Assembly: GCA_951406725.2 (NCBI GenBank)
Contig: OX597814.1
Location: 147,188,001 to 147,252,000 of the forward strand
Direction of reading: 5' to 3'
DNA: 64,000 nt
From: Octopus vulgaris
Lineage: Eukaryota
How positions within the stretch are numbered: the first letter of the stretch is position 1; each line of letters starts with the position of its first letter. Below the pieces are notes generated by a model. That model was not told the DNA's origin. It ran no database searches and saw only the letters and a list, made by a program, of their open reading frames with translations. A program made the translations under genes and the position numbers. Of this stretch, positions 42,890 to 56,825 are shown piece after piece.

Positions 42890-43045
42890 CCTTTATGTTC
42901 CCGTAACCTACTGGTTCGACAAACTAGACTGATAAAATAATATCAGGCATTAAAAAATAAGTACTGAGGTCGATTCTTTCAACTAAGAGTTTTCAAGCCT
43001 GTGCCCAATCATGGCCGCAGTTTAATGGCTGAATCAATTGTAAGC
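42890..43045 (+). mobile_element. SINE family B, 3' half
   Basis: TTTATGTTCCCGTAAC..AATAAGTACTGAGGTCGATTC..CATGGCCGCAGTTTAATGGCTGAA. Confidence 0.68.
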
Positions 43046-44544
43046 ATGAAAAAAAGAAAGAATTGTAACTTCGTCGTGGACTGCAAATTATTAAATGTTT
43101 TGTAGCTATAGACCTATTTATATTTCTTTTGTATTTTTTAAACACTTTTGCTACTTTTCCGGAATGTGAAGTAAAATATTCTAAGAGTGTTTCTGGAATA
43201 TTGATAACGAATGCCGCTCACAAGTTTGGCTTTCGCCAATATGGCACATGAGTGGTGTACCACATGAATAGAATGCTTTCAGGAACAATTTTCTGTTAGC
43301 AAATTTCACTGGTTAATCTGATGCTAGCAAAATAAACACCGAGGGTGCCACGCAAAAAAGCAATTTCCTTAACCATGTTCTAACAACAAAGGGTTGTTAC
43401 CGAAAACACATCAATGATCTTGCCTGAACGCATGTGCCCGCACCCTCAAATCCGCGCAAAGAAGAAAAAGAAAAACACGCATGCAAAACGCACCGTTAAT
43501 GCTGTGCAGGCATCGAACACCTTACATATGATGTAATATAATTTAGAAAAGAAATATGTTTACGTTTCGTACCCACTGTGTTTCGGGCAGCTGAACATTG
43601 ATATCACACGAAATCAGGTATGGCTAACAGGTATCATACATTTGAAAGAAGGCTTTTTGATGTATATATTGTTTTTTTTTTTTTCTTGCACGGTGATTAA
43701 TGCGATGTAACGCACAGCTGTTAGCTTAGAAATATTTAGAGATAATATGCTGAAAATTTACTATCGCTATGTTTTCAAATTCTGTGTTTCACAAGCAAGA
43801 AATGATTTCCATTTATACAAATATCCATTCAATCTCTCCCTCTTCTCTTTCTCTCTCAGCCTTTCACATACTCAAACATGTAGCGACACACACGTACATA
43901 TATACACGCCATATAATTCATGAACACAACAGTTTCCAATCTTTGGAATTCACACATATTTCGTGCGCTGTTGGTGGCTTATGTTTATTTGGCGATAAGA
44001 ATAGTAAACAGCTCTAGTTTATACACTCATGCAACAAAACAAAATCAAATTATGTAATAAGTCAATATGAATATATTTTATTTCAGCTGTTTAACGTAAT
44101 GCTATAAAATAAAGAAATAATATTTCTCGATATCTGAATATGAAATTGGTGTTAAGTCTTCAGTTGATTAATTATGAATTCACTTACACAACTGTTTTCG
44201 TTAACTCGTAGATAGTCTCTAAGAGAAATTTACTTTGTCTTCCATAACCTAAACCCACCCCTGAAACAAGTATAGAATCTATTATATAAGATTAAAAGAT
44301 TGTGAATTAGTAGATATGGTAGAGCTGTTGGATAACACTGAGTTATCTTCGTTTCAAATGTCTCTGAGATGAACATTGTTTTTTTTATATCTTCCATAAT
44401 GGTTGATTTAAAATACTACAAAATTACTGAGTTGTTTGCATTGACTGCAACCTCCCTCGTCTACACAGCGTCGTCTTAAGTCTTTATTTCAAACTATATG
44501 CAGATAAAGATTTGCACGGTAATATGTTGAATACAGAGCCATTT

Positions 44545-44601
44545 CGTGTCACTAAGAAATAATCCAAGCAGCGTGTCACTAAGAAATAATCCAAGCAGCG
44601 T
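44545..44601 (+). repeat. Perfect 27-bp tandem duplication
   Basis: CGTGTCACTAAGAAATAATCCAAGCAG x2 plus CGT. Confidence 0.95.
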
Positions 44602-45258
44602 AAAAACGCACATGCCGGCTAAACTTGTCACAGACATAGGTGATTCTCGTATATTCGCTAAAAATATATGGACCAAGAAAAGAACCTTTATGTAGTTAAA
44701 AACCTGAAGACTGGGCTAACGTATTTTCTGAAAATATCATATTAGAAATACATATTTATCAATATAATAACAAAATAATATATAAAACATATGCATATAT
44801 ACATACATATATGTACATACCTACATCTATATGTATATATACATGCATATATGGGTAAAGGACACCAATAAAAACGTTGAATACAATGAGAAACGAAAAC
44901 ATAAAAACAAAAACATGGAGATGGACTTTTTTTAAACAACGAATAAAAAGTGTACAAGACATACAAAACAAAGAATATTCCCCTTCTTCAGTTGCCCCTC
45001 TTTCGGCTACTCCGCCTTTCGATATATATACAATGCGTCAAGCAAGAGGGTCATGAATGGAACGTCATTGAAAATATAGGAATAACATTGATCAATGTAA
45101 TATTCATTTTAAAACGTATGTAAATATAGGATTAGTGATAGCAATGTTGATATTTTCACTAGCCTAGTGCATTTCCCGATTCGGCCCTATTGCATAGCAA
45201 CATCAGCACATGCATTTTAGTAGAACATCATACACAAATACACGTCGCACGCGCATGC

Positions 45259-45290
<32 letters not shown>

Positions 45291-46247
45291 AAACACACAC
45301 ACACACACGCACACACATACACACACACATACATACATATATCAAAATGACAAAGTTTTTGCCACCCATGAACCAAACGACTGGTTTCCCAGGTTTTGTG
45401 GCTAAGGTACCACTATGGTCGGATTACTCACTTTTTCTCTCTGGGAGGAGTGGTATAACATAAACTGAAATGTTATGCGCAAGAGCACAACTCATCATTC
45501 GATCCTGAAACCAAAACAACGTTATAACGATCATGAGTACAACACCATAACCGCTAAGTCACGCGTCTCCATATATATACACACACGCGCACACAAACAC
45601 ACACATACATATACATGCATATATAATTAAGCACATCTGTACAAACAAATATGTGTATATGTACGTGTGTATACACAGAGGTTCTTACTTGCATATTTGT
45701 ATGTGTGTCTGTGTCTATATTTGAAATTAATTGTGTAAAACAGGTTATCGAATAGCATGCGTTTACATTAATGGATAGACATTTATAAGTACCGACATTA
45801 CAGCAAATACACGTTGAAATAAAAACTGTGTTAGGTATGATCGACTAAAGATTCAACAAAGTGTCACTCCACCCTGAGGAAAGTTCAATAAAATAAGGGA
45901 AAAATAATTTAGATTTCTAATCACTTGAGCATCAAATGTATTTTCTTCTTAGCAACCACCTCAAGGTCATGTGGAGGATGTCACAGAGAAATTTCATCTG
46001 CCTTTGTTTATTTCACACTGTAGGTGGAATCTCGTATTCAGAGAGAAATTTATCATGAACAATAGCGAAGCTAACAACCTACGCGCTAGCAAAACTTCTG
46101 GTCTCACCTAGGCTCTTTATTGATTTAGCTACTTTCTTATTCATAGCTTTTGGTGGAATTTGATTCACCTACAATGGCTAACTGAAAATATGGGTATTAT
46201 TTCATTCCCTGAAATAAATCTCACAAGCGAAAATCTTGGATCATATA

Positions 46248-46301
<54 letters not shown>

Positions 46302-46349
46302 ATTACTATGTCACTAAACATTTTTCTCTCCTTATTTTTTCTGTGCCCC

Positions 46350-46383
46350 TTTCTGTAGAAGAGCGTAGGTTCGAAACGTAAAA
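46350..46383 (+). ncRNA. Minimal type I hammerhead-like motif with variant core CUGUAGA
   Basis: TTT-CTGTAGA-A-GAGC GTAG GTTC-GAAA-CG-TA-AAA; same layout as the 20124 motif; in a ~180-bp element between two (AT)n tracts. Confidence 0.6.
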
Positions 46384-46468
46384 TACTTTTTCTATTCCGG
46401 AGCATTATACTAATACATCTGTTTGTTTTGTACACCACCTGTCTTCGTCTTTTTTTTTCGTAAACTTT

Positions 46469-46536
<68 letters not shown>

Positions 46537-46849
46537 CTTTTTGTTTAGTTTGCAAGATTATTTATGTGCAATCGTGTGTTGAAGTATATTTTATTGTGTC
46601 TAGGGGGAGTCATTCTCTTTTAGTGCCTTATTATTTAACACACTCACCGGTTCCATTTCCCCTCATTTATCTATTTATTTTTCCTAAAATTTTCGTTGCG
46701 TCTTGCCACCTTTTCAATAATCGTTCACTATATAATATATATAATATATATTACTTGTTTAAATCATTAGACTGTGACACACACACAGACACGCACACAC
46801 ACACACTCAGACACACATACACACACGCACATACACACACACATATATG

Positions 46850-46995
46850 TGTATACGACGAGCTTCTATCTACCAAATCCTCTGACAAAACTTTGGTTGA
46901 CCCGAGGCTATAGAAGAATACACTTGCTCAAAGTGTCAGACAGTGGTAATAAACCCGGAAGCACGTGGTTGGGAAGCAAGCTTCTTACCACAAGA
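46850..46995 (-). mobile_element. SINE family B, 5' half
   Basis: TCTACCAAATCC..TTTGGTTGACCCGAGGCTATAG..ACCCGGAAGCACGTGGTTGGGAAGCAAGCTTCTTACCAC. Confidence 0.75.
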
Positions 46996-47108
46996 GAACT
47001 TGAAGAGTGTTTGAACTCAGATTGCAGAGAGAGGAAACATAAAACATTATTTAACAAATATTTGTCACTCGAATGGTTGTTAAGTAGCCTATATGTACGT
47101 GTGTATAA

Positions 47109-47338
47109 GGCGGCGAGCTGGCAGAAACGTTAGCACGCCGGGCGAAATGCTTTGAAGTATTTCGTCTGCCGGTACGTTCTGAGTTCAAATTCCACCGAAG
47201 CCGACTTTGCCTTTCATCGTTTCGGGGTCGATAAATAAAGTACCAGTTTCACACTGGGGTCAATGTAATCTGCTTAATCCCTTTGTCTGTCCTTGTTTGT
47301 TCCCTCTATGTTTAGCCCCTTGTGGGCAATAAAGAAAT
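47109..47338 (+). mobile_element. tRNA-derived SINE, family A (central GCCTTTCATC..GGGGTCGATAAA..AGTACCAG domain)
   Basis: GGCGGCGAGCTGGCAGAAACGTTAG head, GAGTTCAAATTCC B-box, A-rich tail. Homologous to 57479 and 19130. Confidence 0.85.
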
Positions 47339-48414
47339 ATATATGTACGTGTGTATTTATGTATGTGTATATATGTGTATGAGTGTGTACTGTGTTGTGT
47401 ATAATACGAAATGTTATATGTTACTAAGCATATACATTTATCCATACAAATAATTACATGTGTGTATGTAATTATATATGTATGTACACACACACGCACA
47501 CACGTTTATATACGCATACATATATGTTTATGTGTGTGTGTGTGTGTTTGTGTGTATTTATATATTTATATTTATATTGATATACATACACATATATATA
47601 CATATGTATATATATTTTCTTACATGCACTCCACGCACTTCAGCATAAATTTGCAAATTTCTTAATGTGCTCACGACAAACATTTGGCACACGTTTCTCG
47701 ATGGAAATATGCACGCGTGGTAAGATAGATCACACGAACACAATTATGTGCACGGCACACACATATGCATATGTTTCAGAATTTTATATAATGACGTTCA
47801 ATGCAAACATAAGGTTATTGACAAAGACACAAGGCTACGTGTATAAATCATACTGAATTAAATTACAACGGCGCAGTTGAAGCTACGCATCGTATACAAC
47901 CACACAAGAACGCTTAGACCCAAACTTACATACACTCTGACTAAGAAATACACATACAATAGGAGATATACATAAACAGAAGCTCACAATTACAAATACA
48001 GAAACACACATTTAGAGACACATGCGAACGCTCGGAGATTCAAACATACACATATCACGGCATAAACTCATAGAAATACGTACGCAGTAAGACATACACA
48101 GATAGCTTATAGTGTTAAGCTATCAATTTGCGTGTTTGCCAGAGCTGATGGTTAAAATTTAGATCTAATTAGATTCGATGAATCCCGCAGGGGTGAGTTA
48201 GCTGGCATAAGTGCATAATGATTGTGTTTACGCTCAAATGACAACGACAGACCAGGTAAACCAATTATAAGTTGTCCAAATTTACTCATGAGGAACCAAC
48301 ACCGAGATTCCTTTCCTGCCAAACACCTTTTACTACTATTTCCTCCTTATTGGACTTTTATATTTATTTCCGTGTGTTATTTCGTTATTTAGCGACTGTT
48401 AATTTTCAGCCTAC

Positions 48415-49115
48415 TAATACCACCACTACTCCTACGACCAGGGTGACGACGACGACGAAGACCACCACCACCACCACCACCGCCACCACCACTACCACCA
48501 CTACCACCATTACCACCACTACCACCTCCACCACCACTTCCACCTTGATGACGACGAAGACCACCACCACCACCACCACCACCACAACTACCACCACAAC
48601 CACCACCATCACAACTACCACTACAAACCCCCACCACTTCCATCTTGATAACGACGACGACAACCACCACCGCCACCACCAACACCATCACTACCACCTA
48701 CTACAATAACTACTACTATAATTACTACTGCCACGACGACGGCGATCACCACCACCACCTCCACCTACTACAACTACACCTACAACAACAACAACAACAA
48801 CAACAGCAAGTGCTACTACAACCACTATAGTAGCTGCACTTTTTCTTACCCCAACTCCTATTACTAATTCGCGTACAATCACTGCGATCAACATTAAGTT
48901 CATACTTCAACCACTAATGGATGGTGATGACGGAAAGCTAGAACTACAACTAAAACCACGACCACCACCACTACAAATGATGCTGCCACAAACACCACCA
49001 CCACCACTACCATCGCTACTACAAACAATGCCCCTACCACAAACCACATCACTACCATTGTCTGAATCAAAACCACAACCTCGGTATGCCTTGCTATTAC
49101 ACCCGAACACCACAA
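48415..49115. repeat. Long compound ACN trinucleotide low-complexity tract
   Basis: Mixed ACC/ACT/ACA/ACG runs giving poly-Thr/His/Pro/Gln translations in shifting frames. Confidence 0.93.
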
Positions 49116-49544
49116 GTGTCAACGCTACCTGTATTAACCACATCAATGTCATTAACCACACTCCAACACCCAAAATGGTCTGCCTACGAAATTTGAGGAA
49201 TTTAATAATGAGCGATTCTAATATTACCAAGTAAACAGATTAAAACTACATTTATTCTTCCTTGCTACTGATCTTAAATCAATTTTGTTGATTGCCATTG
49301 TAATTCATCTCTTTCTTCAGCGCAATAAATTGGATCCAATACATATATAACAGTAAAAGCACTGTGCCTTTGTTAAAATATACAAAGCCGTATAAACGAC
49401 GTCATGTTTTAGCCAACAATTAAATGTATGATTTGCAGAGAGTAAGCTTTGAAAGTATTTGCACACAATAGATATGGAATCAAGTGTTTACGTGTACACA
49501 CCTCCCGACTCCCTCACACTCTCTCACCCTCTCTCTGCTGCGGA

Positions 49545-49612
<68 letters not shown>

Positions 49613-49663
49613 ATAAACTTACTTGGAGATGGATGCGTGGCGTTCAATCATATATTAATATAA

Positions 49664-49739
<76 letters not shown>

Positions 49740-49752
49740 CATACATACATAA

Positions 49753-49800
<48 letters not shown>

Positions 49801-49886
49801 TTACATATGTATGTAATTAATATATATATGCATATATGGGTACAGGACGTCACAAAACGAAAACAACATGAATTACGAAGACAAAT

Positions 49887-49892
49887 TTATTA

Positions 49893-49975
<83 letters not shown>

Positions 49976-50002
49976 GTTATTATTATTATTGTTATTATTA
50001 TT
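49887..50002. repeat. (ATT)n microsatellite
   Basis: Direct reading. Confidence 0.98.
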
Positions 50003-50154
50003 AGGGATATGCTTACGTTCGTGCGTTGAAATAACAATACCAAAAGCTACAATCGGGAATTTATCGTTATTAGTTTCCAGGGTGCTGAAAGTACAATATT
50101 TTTGGATTAACGTTTGAGAATCATTTTAATACTCTTTTCTCTTATCTTTTCTTT

Positions 50155-50590
50155 GAATATTTTCAGTCATTAGACTGCGTCCATGATGGAGACACCACCC
50201 TGGATAAAATTTTAGTCGAATGAATCGACACTACTTCTTTATTTTAAACATGGTACCAATTTCATTCTATTTTATCGTTCTGTATTAGAAAACCTCTACG
50301 TTACTGGGCGTAAACAAACCAGCATCGGTCGTCAAACGGTGCCGTTAGACAAATACAAACAGAGAGAGAAAGAGAGACAGACAGACAGACAGAGAGAAAG
50401 AAAGAGAGAATAAGAGAGAGAGAGACAATTACACACACCACACTACACCATGCGATTTTTTTGTTTTTGTTTTTCATTTTCTATCTACCAAATCCGTTCA
50501 CAAGGATTTAATCGGGCCGATGCTACGTTGTAGGACTGAAAACGTAGCCATGTGCTTCGAAGGCAAGCTTCTTAGCGCACAGCCAAATCG
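50155..50590 (-). mobile_element. SINE family B, decayed
   Basis: TTCAGTCATTAGACTGCGTCCATG..TTAGTCGAATGAATCGAC..TCTACCAAATCCGTTCACAAGG..GCAAGCTTCTTAGCGCACAGCCA. Confidence 0.7.
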
Positions 50591-51211
50591 TGTAAGTTGA
50601 ACATTTAAGAAAACGCTGAATGCCGCACACACAATACAGCGTACGCGTGTGAATCCCTATTTTCTCATGTACTTAGAAACACAGACACACGTATACATGC
50701 AAACGCGCATACGAACACGTACACGCACAAATTAACACACGCGTGCTTCCAAGTGCACTTACACATTTGTCTCTTATAAATCTCATACATTGTGACAATA
50801 TAAAAAAAAATAATAATTAGTATTCGATTGATGTTATAAATGTGGCTAAAATGGAAACATGTGCAGACGTGTTCAGTATAAGGTTGAGTATAGTTCGTGA
50901 GAAATTAGATAAAGTAATCACAGAGATTTAGAATAATATAATAATCCATATTCTTCTATGGAAGGCGAAACAGTTTTAGTTAAATTATTGGGAACATTAT
51001 TTTACTCGGTACAGATTTATCTTCTAATATATGTAAGACATCTAACAAAAGCCGTGTACGTTATGTATATTAAATAGAATAGATGGAATAAATGATGTGT
51101 ATACTTGTACCGCATCTTCACTACGACTGCAACCTAAATAAAGAAAGAAGATTCTATTCTAATTAAAAACAGAATCGATCACAAATAGGCAGTTCATGTA
51201 CTACTATCTAT

Positions 51212-51266
<55 letters not shown>

Positions 51267-51634
51267 ACTATCTATCTATCTATCTATCTATCTGTCTGTC
51301 TATCTAGCTATCTATCTATCCATCTATCTATCTATCTATCTACCTATCTATATACCTATCTATCTATCTATCCATCTATCTGTGTATATATAAATACATA
51401 CATACACACACACACATATATATATATATAAATAAAACACAGATAATATATACAGAGACACACACCACACATACGCACAAAAGGGTAGAAACACAAAACA
51501 CACACACACACGCACGTACACTCACACACACCACGCACATACTTGCTTACATACGCACATACATGCACATACATATATGTGAGTGTGTATTTGTATTTCC
51601 ATCCTGTTTGTGTGTGTGTGTGGTATGTGTCTAT

Positions 51635-51683
<49 letters not shown>

Positions 51684-52440
51684 CGCGTTTGTATCTATGT
51701 GTGTATTCAGTATTTAAATATGAGCTACTAATAATTTCAAGGTGTAGAAGGATACTATTTCTGAAGCTTTATATACTATGCTTTGTTTTCGACAAGCAAT
51801 CATTCAGATTCCAATACACACACATCACGACTGATCTTAATACGAGAGACCGAAAAAGATTGCTGGTCAGTGAGATTGCACAAATAAAGGCGAGCGAAAT
51901 GTGAATACAAAAGCTTGAATGAGGAAAAGCGGAATAAGAAAATTAAAAGATAAATAATAGTGAGAGAAAAAAAAGGTAAAGAAACCAGGAATTCCGTTCA
52001 CTTTGTCCCTCGAAACTATAATTCTGATAGCATGTGCAGAATAATTCAACGGGGAGGAGCCCAAAATCCTTGAGGCAGCATGGTTATTTCCAAAAGTGTT
52101 ATGTCTTTCAGTTCCGCAAAAGAAAATTTCCACTTGCTAAAGATTTCTGATCTGAAATTAAGAAATGCTTTGGAATTGATTGCTCTAAAATTATAGAGAG
52201 ATCTTTTGGCTACACATAGCTTGCATCTTTCTCATCCATTCACACATGATGCGGACTTCTTTACGATGCTCATCTCGATTGCATGTAGTGTACAATTGGT
52301 CTTCAGAACCCAATATATTACTAGTCATGTTTGGGGCATTTATTCTTGTATTTTTTCTACAACCAAGACTAGTGGTGTGCGTATCTTCTATAAAAGCAGC
52401 CTTCACATAAACCATCATTATTTTTCTTTTGTACGCACAA

Positions 52441-52474
<34 letters not shown>

Positions 52475-52498
52475 ATATATACATATATATATATATAT

Positions 52499-52885
52499 AG
52501 GTGCAGGCTTGGTTGCGTTGACAGAAGCTTGTTTTCCAACCACATTGGTTCCGCATTTATTCCCACTGTCTGGCACCTTGTGCAAGTGTTTTCTCCTATA
52601 GGCTCGGATGACCAAATCATCGTGAGATTTGGCTGACGGAAATTGAGAGAATCTCGTCGTTTATATACATATGTATGTGTATTTTTATCTCTGTGTTTGA
52701 CCTTCACCACCACCACCACCACCACTGGACAACCGGTTTTTGAGTTTTTATGTTCCCGTAAGTTAGTGATACTATAAGTACCAGACTGAAAGAATGAGGC
52801 TTTATTCATTCGACTAAAATTTATTTAAGGCGGTGGCCCAACATGGTCATACTCTAATGAATGAAACGAGCAAACGATAAAAGAC
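52499..52885 (+). mobile_element. SINE family B, followed by an inverted 5'-half remnant at ~52925-53045
   Basis: GGTGCAGGCTTGGTTGCG..CCAACCACATTGGTTCC..GGCACCTTGTGCAAGTG..GTTCCCGTAAGTTAG..GGCGGTGGCCCAACATGG. Confidence 0.75.
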
Positions 52886-53076
52886 ACACACACTCATATA
52901 TATGTATGTGTGCGTATAGGATATATACGACGGTTTTCTTACAATTCCCTTCAACCAAATCTCCTCACAAGCATTTGGTCAGCCCGGGTATTTATTAGAA
53001 TTCATTTGTTCGATGTTTGACGGTACCGGATTCCTACCGGAATCATATAAACTAACTTCCTATCGCTCATAAACAG

Positions 53077-53158
<82 letters not shown>

Positions 53159-54070
53159 GCTTAAACACGCACCAGAAAATGTACATTTATATGCATGCAT
53201 GTATGTATGTATGTATGTATGTATGTATGTATGTATGTATGTATGTATGTATGTATGTATTGAGTGACAGATATATATGCATGCTTATGACAGAGAAACT
53301 GCGGGTATGTTTCCTACAAATAATATATTTGCTACGTTGTTTGCTGGCATTACATTTAGTCGCTATTAACCTCATGAACGATTAAAATATGATTTTGGTC
53401 GCACTGCAGTATGACTCATAACATATAAGAAATGAAATATATGTGGATAATTTATGCATGTATATTTATCAATGTATGCATAGGTGTATGCACTGTATGC
53501 TGACATGTATGTACGCAGGCATATTCCACCAATGCATACTAGGAAGTAATATCAACATCCTTGATAAAACCGAATATTCTATATTTTCCCAACAGTGTAT
53601 ATTTCTATGCCTCGTGTTCCCTAGAATGTTAAACGCGCTCGGGTCATATTCTGCCATCATAGTTGCAATGAAACGGCATAACCACGTGGAAAACTTTCTC
53701 TTACAACACTGATGCTTAACTATTTTGATATACTCTTTAACAAATTCAATATAAAATATAGAAAATATATCTAATTCATAGTCTCTTTGATCTTGGAAAC
53801 TAAAGTATATTTGAAAATACTCCACCATCAAAAAGTACGCTAATTCATCATTAATTCACTAATTCAATAAATCATAACTTTCGGTCAATTGCTTCAAAAG
53901 AGGTTGATGACTTCCTTACACTAATCCAATGATCTGTGATCGATGAAATATAAACGATTCAACAAATGTCTTGAGTTTTCGGTCTATAATTTACCTGCCA
54001 ATCATGTGTAAAGAAGAGCTGCATCATATATATACAGAAAGAGAGAGAGAGAGAGAGAGAGAGTGATAGG

Positions 54071-54125
<55 letters not shown>

Positions 54126-54696
54126 ATATATATGCACACACATAGATATATACCCACATATATACATATATACATACACCTACATATAGATACACAGTTG
54201 CGTGCACATATTTTTGTATATCTGTATCTATCAACTTATCTACCTTTCTGTATGTATGTACGTATGTATATACTACACATACGTGTGTGTGTGTGTGTGT
54301 GTGTGCAAATACATAAGCGAGATACACCCAATGCATACGGTGTTTACTTAAAATTTTGCTTTATCCCAAAATAAATTAGCATTTGCAATTTTTCCATGTC
54401 GTTTTATATTTTGTGCACAATTTCCTAACGAATTTCTCCCGATCTTCGCCTCCACATTCAATCGAATGCTCTCAAAGCGGCCCTTCCTGTACACACTAAC
54501 CCTTCGAGGATCTGCAGAATTCTCCTCAGTTATAAGCTCTGACTTCATGAAGCATAAACCAGCGTGTTTTTTTTTTTCACTGAACCATATATCTTTTGTG
54601 ACTTACATCTTATTGTTCACACTTCTAACGTAACAAGTGTGGTAAAGAAAAGCACTGACGATAACAGCCTTCATCAACAAACTCTCTCTCTCACTC

Positions 54697-54734
<38 letters not shown>

Positions 54735-55371
54735 CTCGGGGTTTAAGTGTACTAATTCCACACGCAAAGGCAGATAATCTGTGCGCCTATCATTTCGTTA
54801 TATTTCAGTATTGAAGAATGTGAATGTTTGATCAAAATTTTCTTATTACGCACCCTAGCCATTTCTTGTTTCTCTAATTTTATTATACGACAGAACTTTT
54901 TGTGAATCAACTTAGTTGTTTCCCCAGTGCTTGGATTCGACCCATGCATGCTATTATTTGAATGCATAAATGTTGTATTTGTTAACACATTAACGACCAC
55001 TATTATGCACTTGACACGAATCTTCTTTCCTGCTTAACCATCACTGACCACGCAACACAAACACGGAATTATTGACAACAATCTGATTCTGCGAGTAGAC
55101 AAATTCGTTTCAACAGAAAAATATCGAGCTACACATATCAAGAAAAGAAAATTGTGCCGGTACACCTCTCAACATGAGAGACACTCTTGGTAGGGTACGC
55201 TCGATTGTTCTAAATGCACGTTGTCCCAATTACCACAAATGCATTGCAAGGAAAACACATACATAAGCATAAATAGAGCTGAATCATAAAACCTGATTCT
55301 TCTTATGAGATTCAGAAGGTATTCCATTCTCACCAGTCTTGTTAATTTCACCTTCACAGACACACAGACAC

Positions 55372-55446
<75 letters not shown>

Positions 55447-55468
55447 ATTAATCAATATAGGTTTGGCT

Positions 55469-55575
55469 ATTTCTTACTGATGAATCTAAGGGCCTATGGT
55501 AGATTGGCTTGATTTAATTTAATCAGGTTAGTTTTCCATTAAACAGAAGATGAAACGGTGCATCGTCTAAGAAAT
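55469..55575 (+). ncRNA. Type I hammerhead ribozyme, canonical core, extended stem II
   Basis: ATTTCTTA-CTGATGA-ATCT..60 nt..AGAT-GAAA-CGGTGCATCG-TC-TAAGAAAT: perfect 8-bp stem I, CUGAUGA, GAAA, near-palindromic stem III ACGGTGCATCGT, GUC cleavage triplet at 55565-55567. Confidence 0.88.
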
Positions 55576-55695
55576 TACAGGGTAAATGTTTTTCAATTTT
55601 CTCCTGGTTTACGGAATTGACGTTATTTTGCGGTTAAAGCTTTTGGCTGTTATTTCTAGTGGGTGAATGGCCTATTATGGCCGTTCCTTGATTGT

Positions 55696-55748
<53 letters not shown>

Positions 55749-55787
55749 AGAAATAACCTACTGTAATTATCATTATTCATATTTATA

Positions 55788-56784
55788 TCTATATATATAA
55801 AACTGAGAATGTGTGTCTGTCTGTCATAAAGGACTATAGCTTCAACTGCGTACTGCCTTTTGATTCACCGTAAGATTTGTTGTTATTATTATTACTGTTT
55901 AACTATTGTTATCACGTTTGTTTGTTCCTCGTAAGGGAAACATTGTTGTGTTGCATTTGTTAAATAATTGTAAACTGTAACCCTCCCCCTTTGGGAGAAG
56001 GAGCTTTGGTTACTGTTTAAAAATTGAATTGTGTTCCTGTTTGGGGAAATTGACAATATTTTCACCGTTTATACGGAAGCAATTTTGTTAGAATGCCTTC
56101 GATAGAAGAAAGTCCAAAACTGAATTTCGCTGCAACCGTCGGCGGGCGAGAACGCATTAAAATCAAAATGGAAGAAATTCAAACCTATTTCGGATTGATC
56201 ATCGACAAAGACGGTGAATCTAGGATAACACCACCAAACAAAATAAAAAATTTAAATTAAAGAAAAGACTATTGTCTATAAATTATACAACGTAGAGAAA
56301 AAAAGAAAGATTTGAACACCTGGAGGAAAGCACCATCGAAATGTGTCTTGGTGCGACTATGAAAGATATCTAACCAGAGCCGGTAAATTCGCCACAATAG
56401 AAGCAAGGTTCGAGTCAACGGAGCGTGCAAGGGAGCACTCGACTTGCAAAGTGGAAATATTTTATTTTTACCTTTATATCTGGGACGTGGGACGTCCCGG
56501 ATAGAAATTAAAAATGCCCCCCTAGAAGTAGAGGTAGGCTGGATTGTAGCCACACTTCTATACAAGATACAATTGATCGAAATTGCAAGAGACGAGCCTA
56601 CAATTCCAGTCTGTTATATATTTTGAGTATTGTTATCATTAGCGATATCAAGATATAACTTTGTATTTTGTATTTTATGTGTAGATGTATATATAGAGAT
56701 GTACATATAATATGTACACGTATATATATACACATATATACATGCACTAGCACTATGACCCGGCAATGACGGGTCAGAATGCTA

Positions 56785-56785
<1 letters not shown>
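55788..56785 (+). mobile_element. Non-autonomous Helitron
   Basis: 5' A|TCTATATATATAAAACTGAGAATGTGTGTCTGTCTG; 3' GC-rich hairpin TGACCCG-GCAATGA-CGGGTCA followed by CTAG|T; A|T insertion site and no TSD. Confidence 0.78.

Positions 56786-56825
<40 letters not shown>

Noticed and set aside
43555-43600. Minus-strand ATGTT..GAAACGTA-AACAT hammerhead-like motif
   Set aside because: Stem I is present, but the core matches only 4/7 and stem II does not close.
48272-49234. Mucin-like poly-Thr / His / Pro-rich ORFs
   Set aside because: ACN trinucleotide tract whose register shifts between frames; no signal peptide, splice context or unique domain.
53469-54548. Non-repetitive ORFs 53469-53831 and 54348-54548 as host exons
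   Set aside because: No recognisable domain or convincing splice pattern; lengths are within chance expectation.
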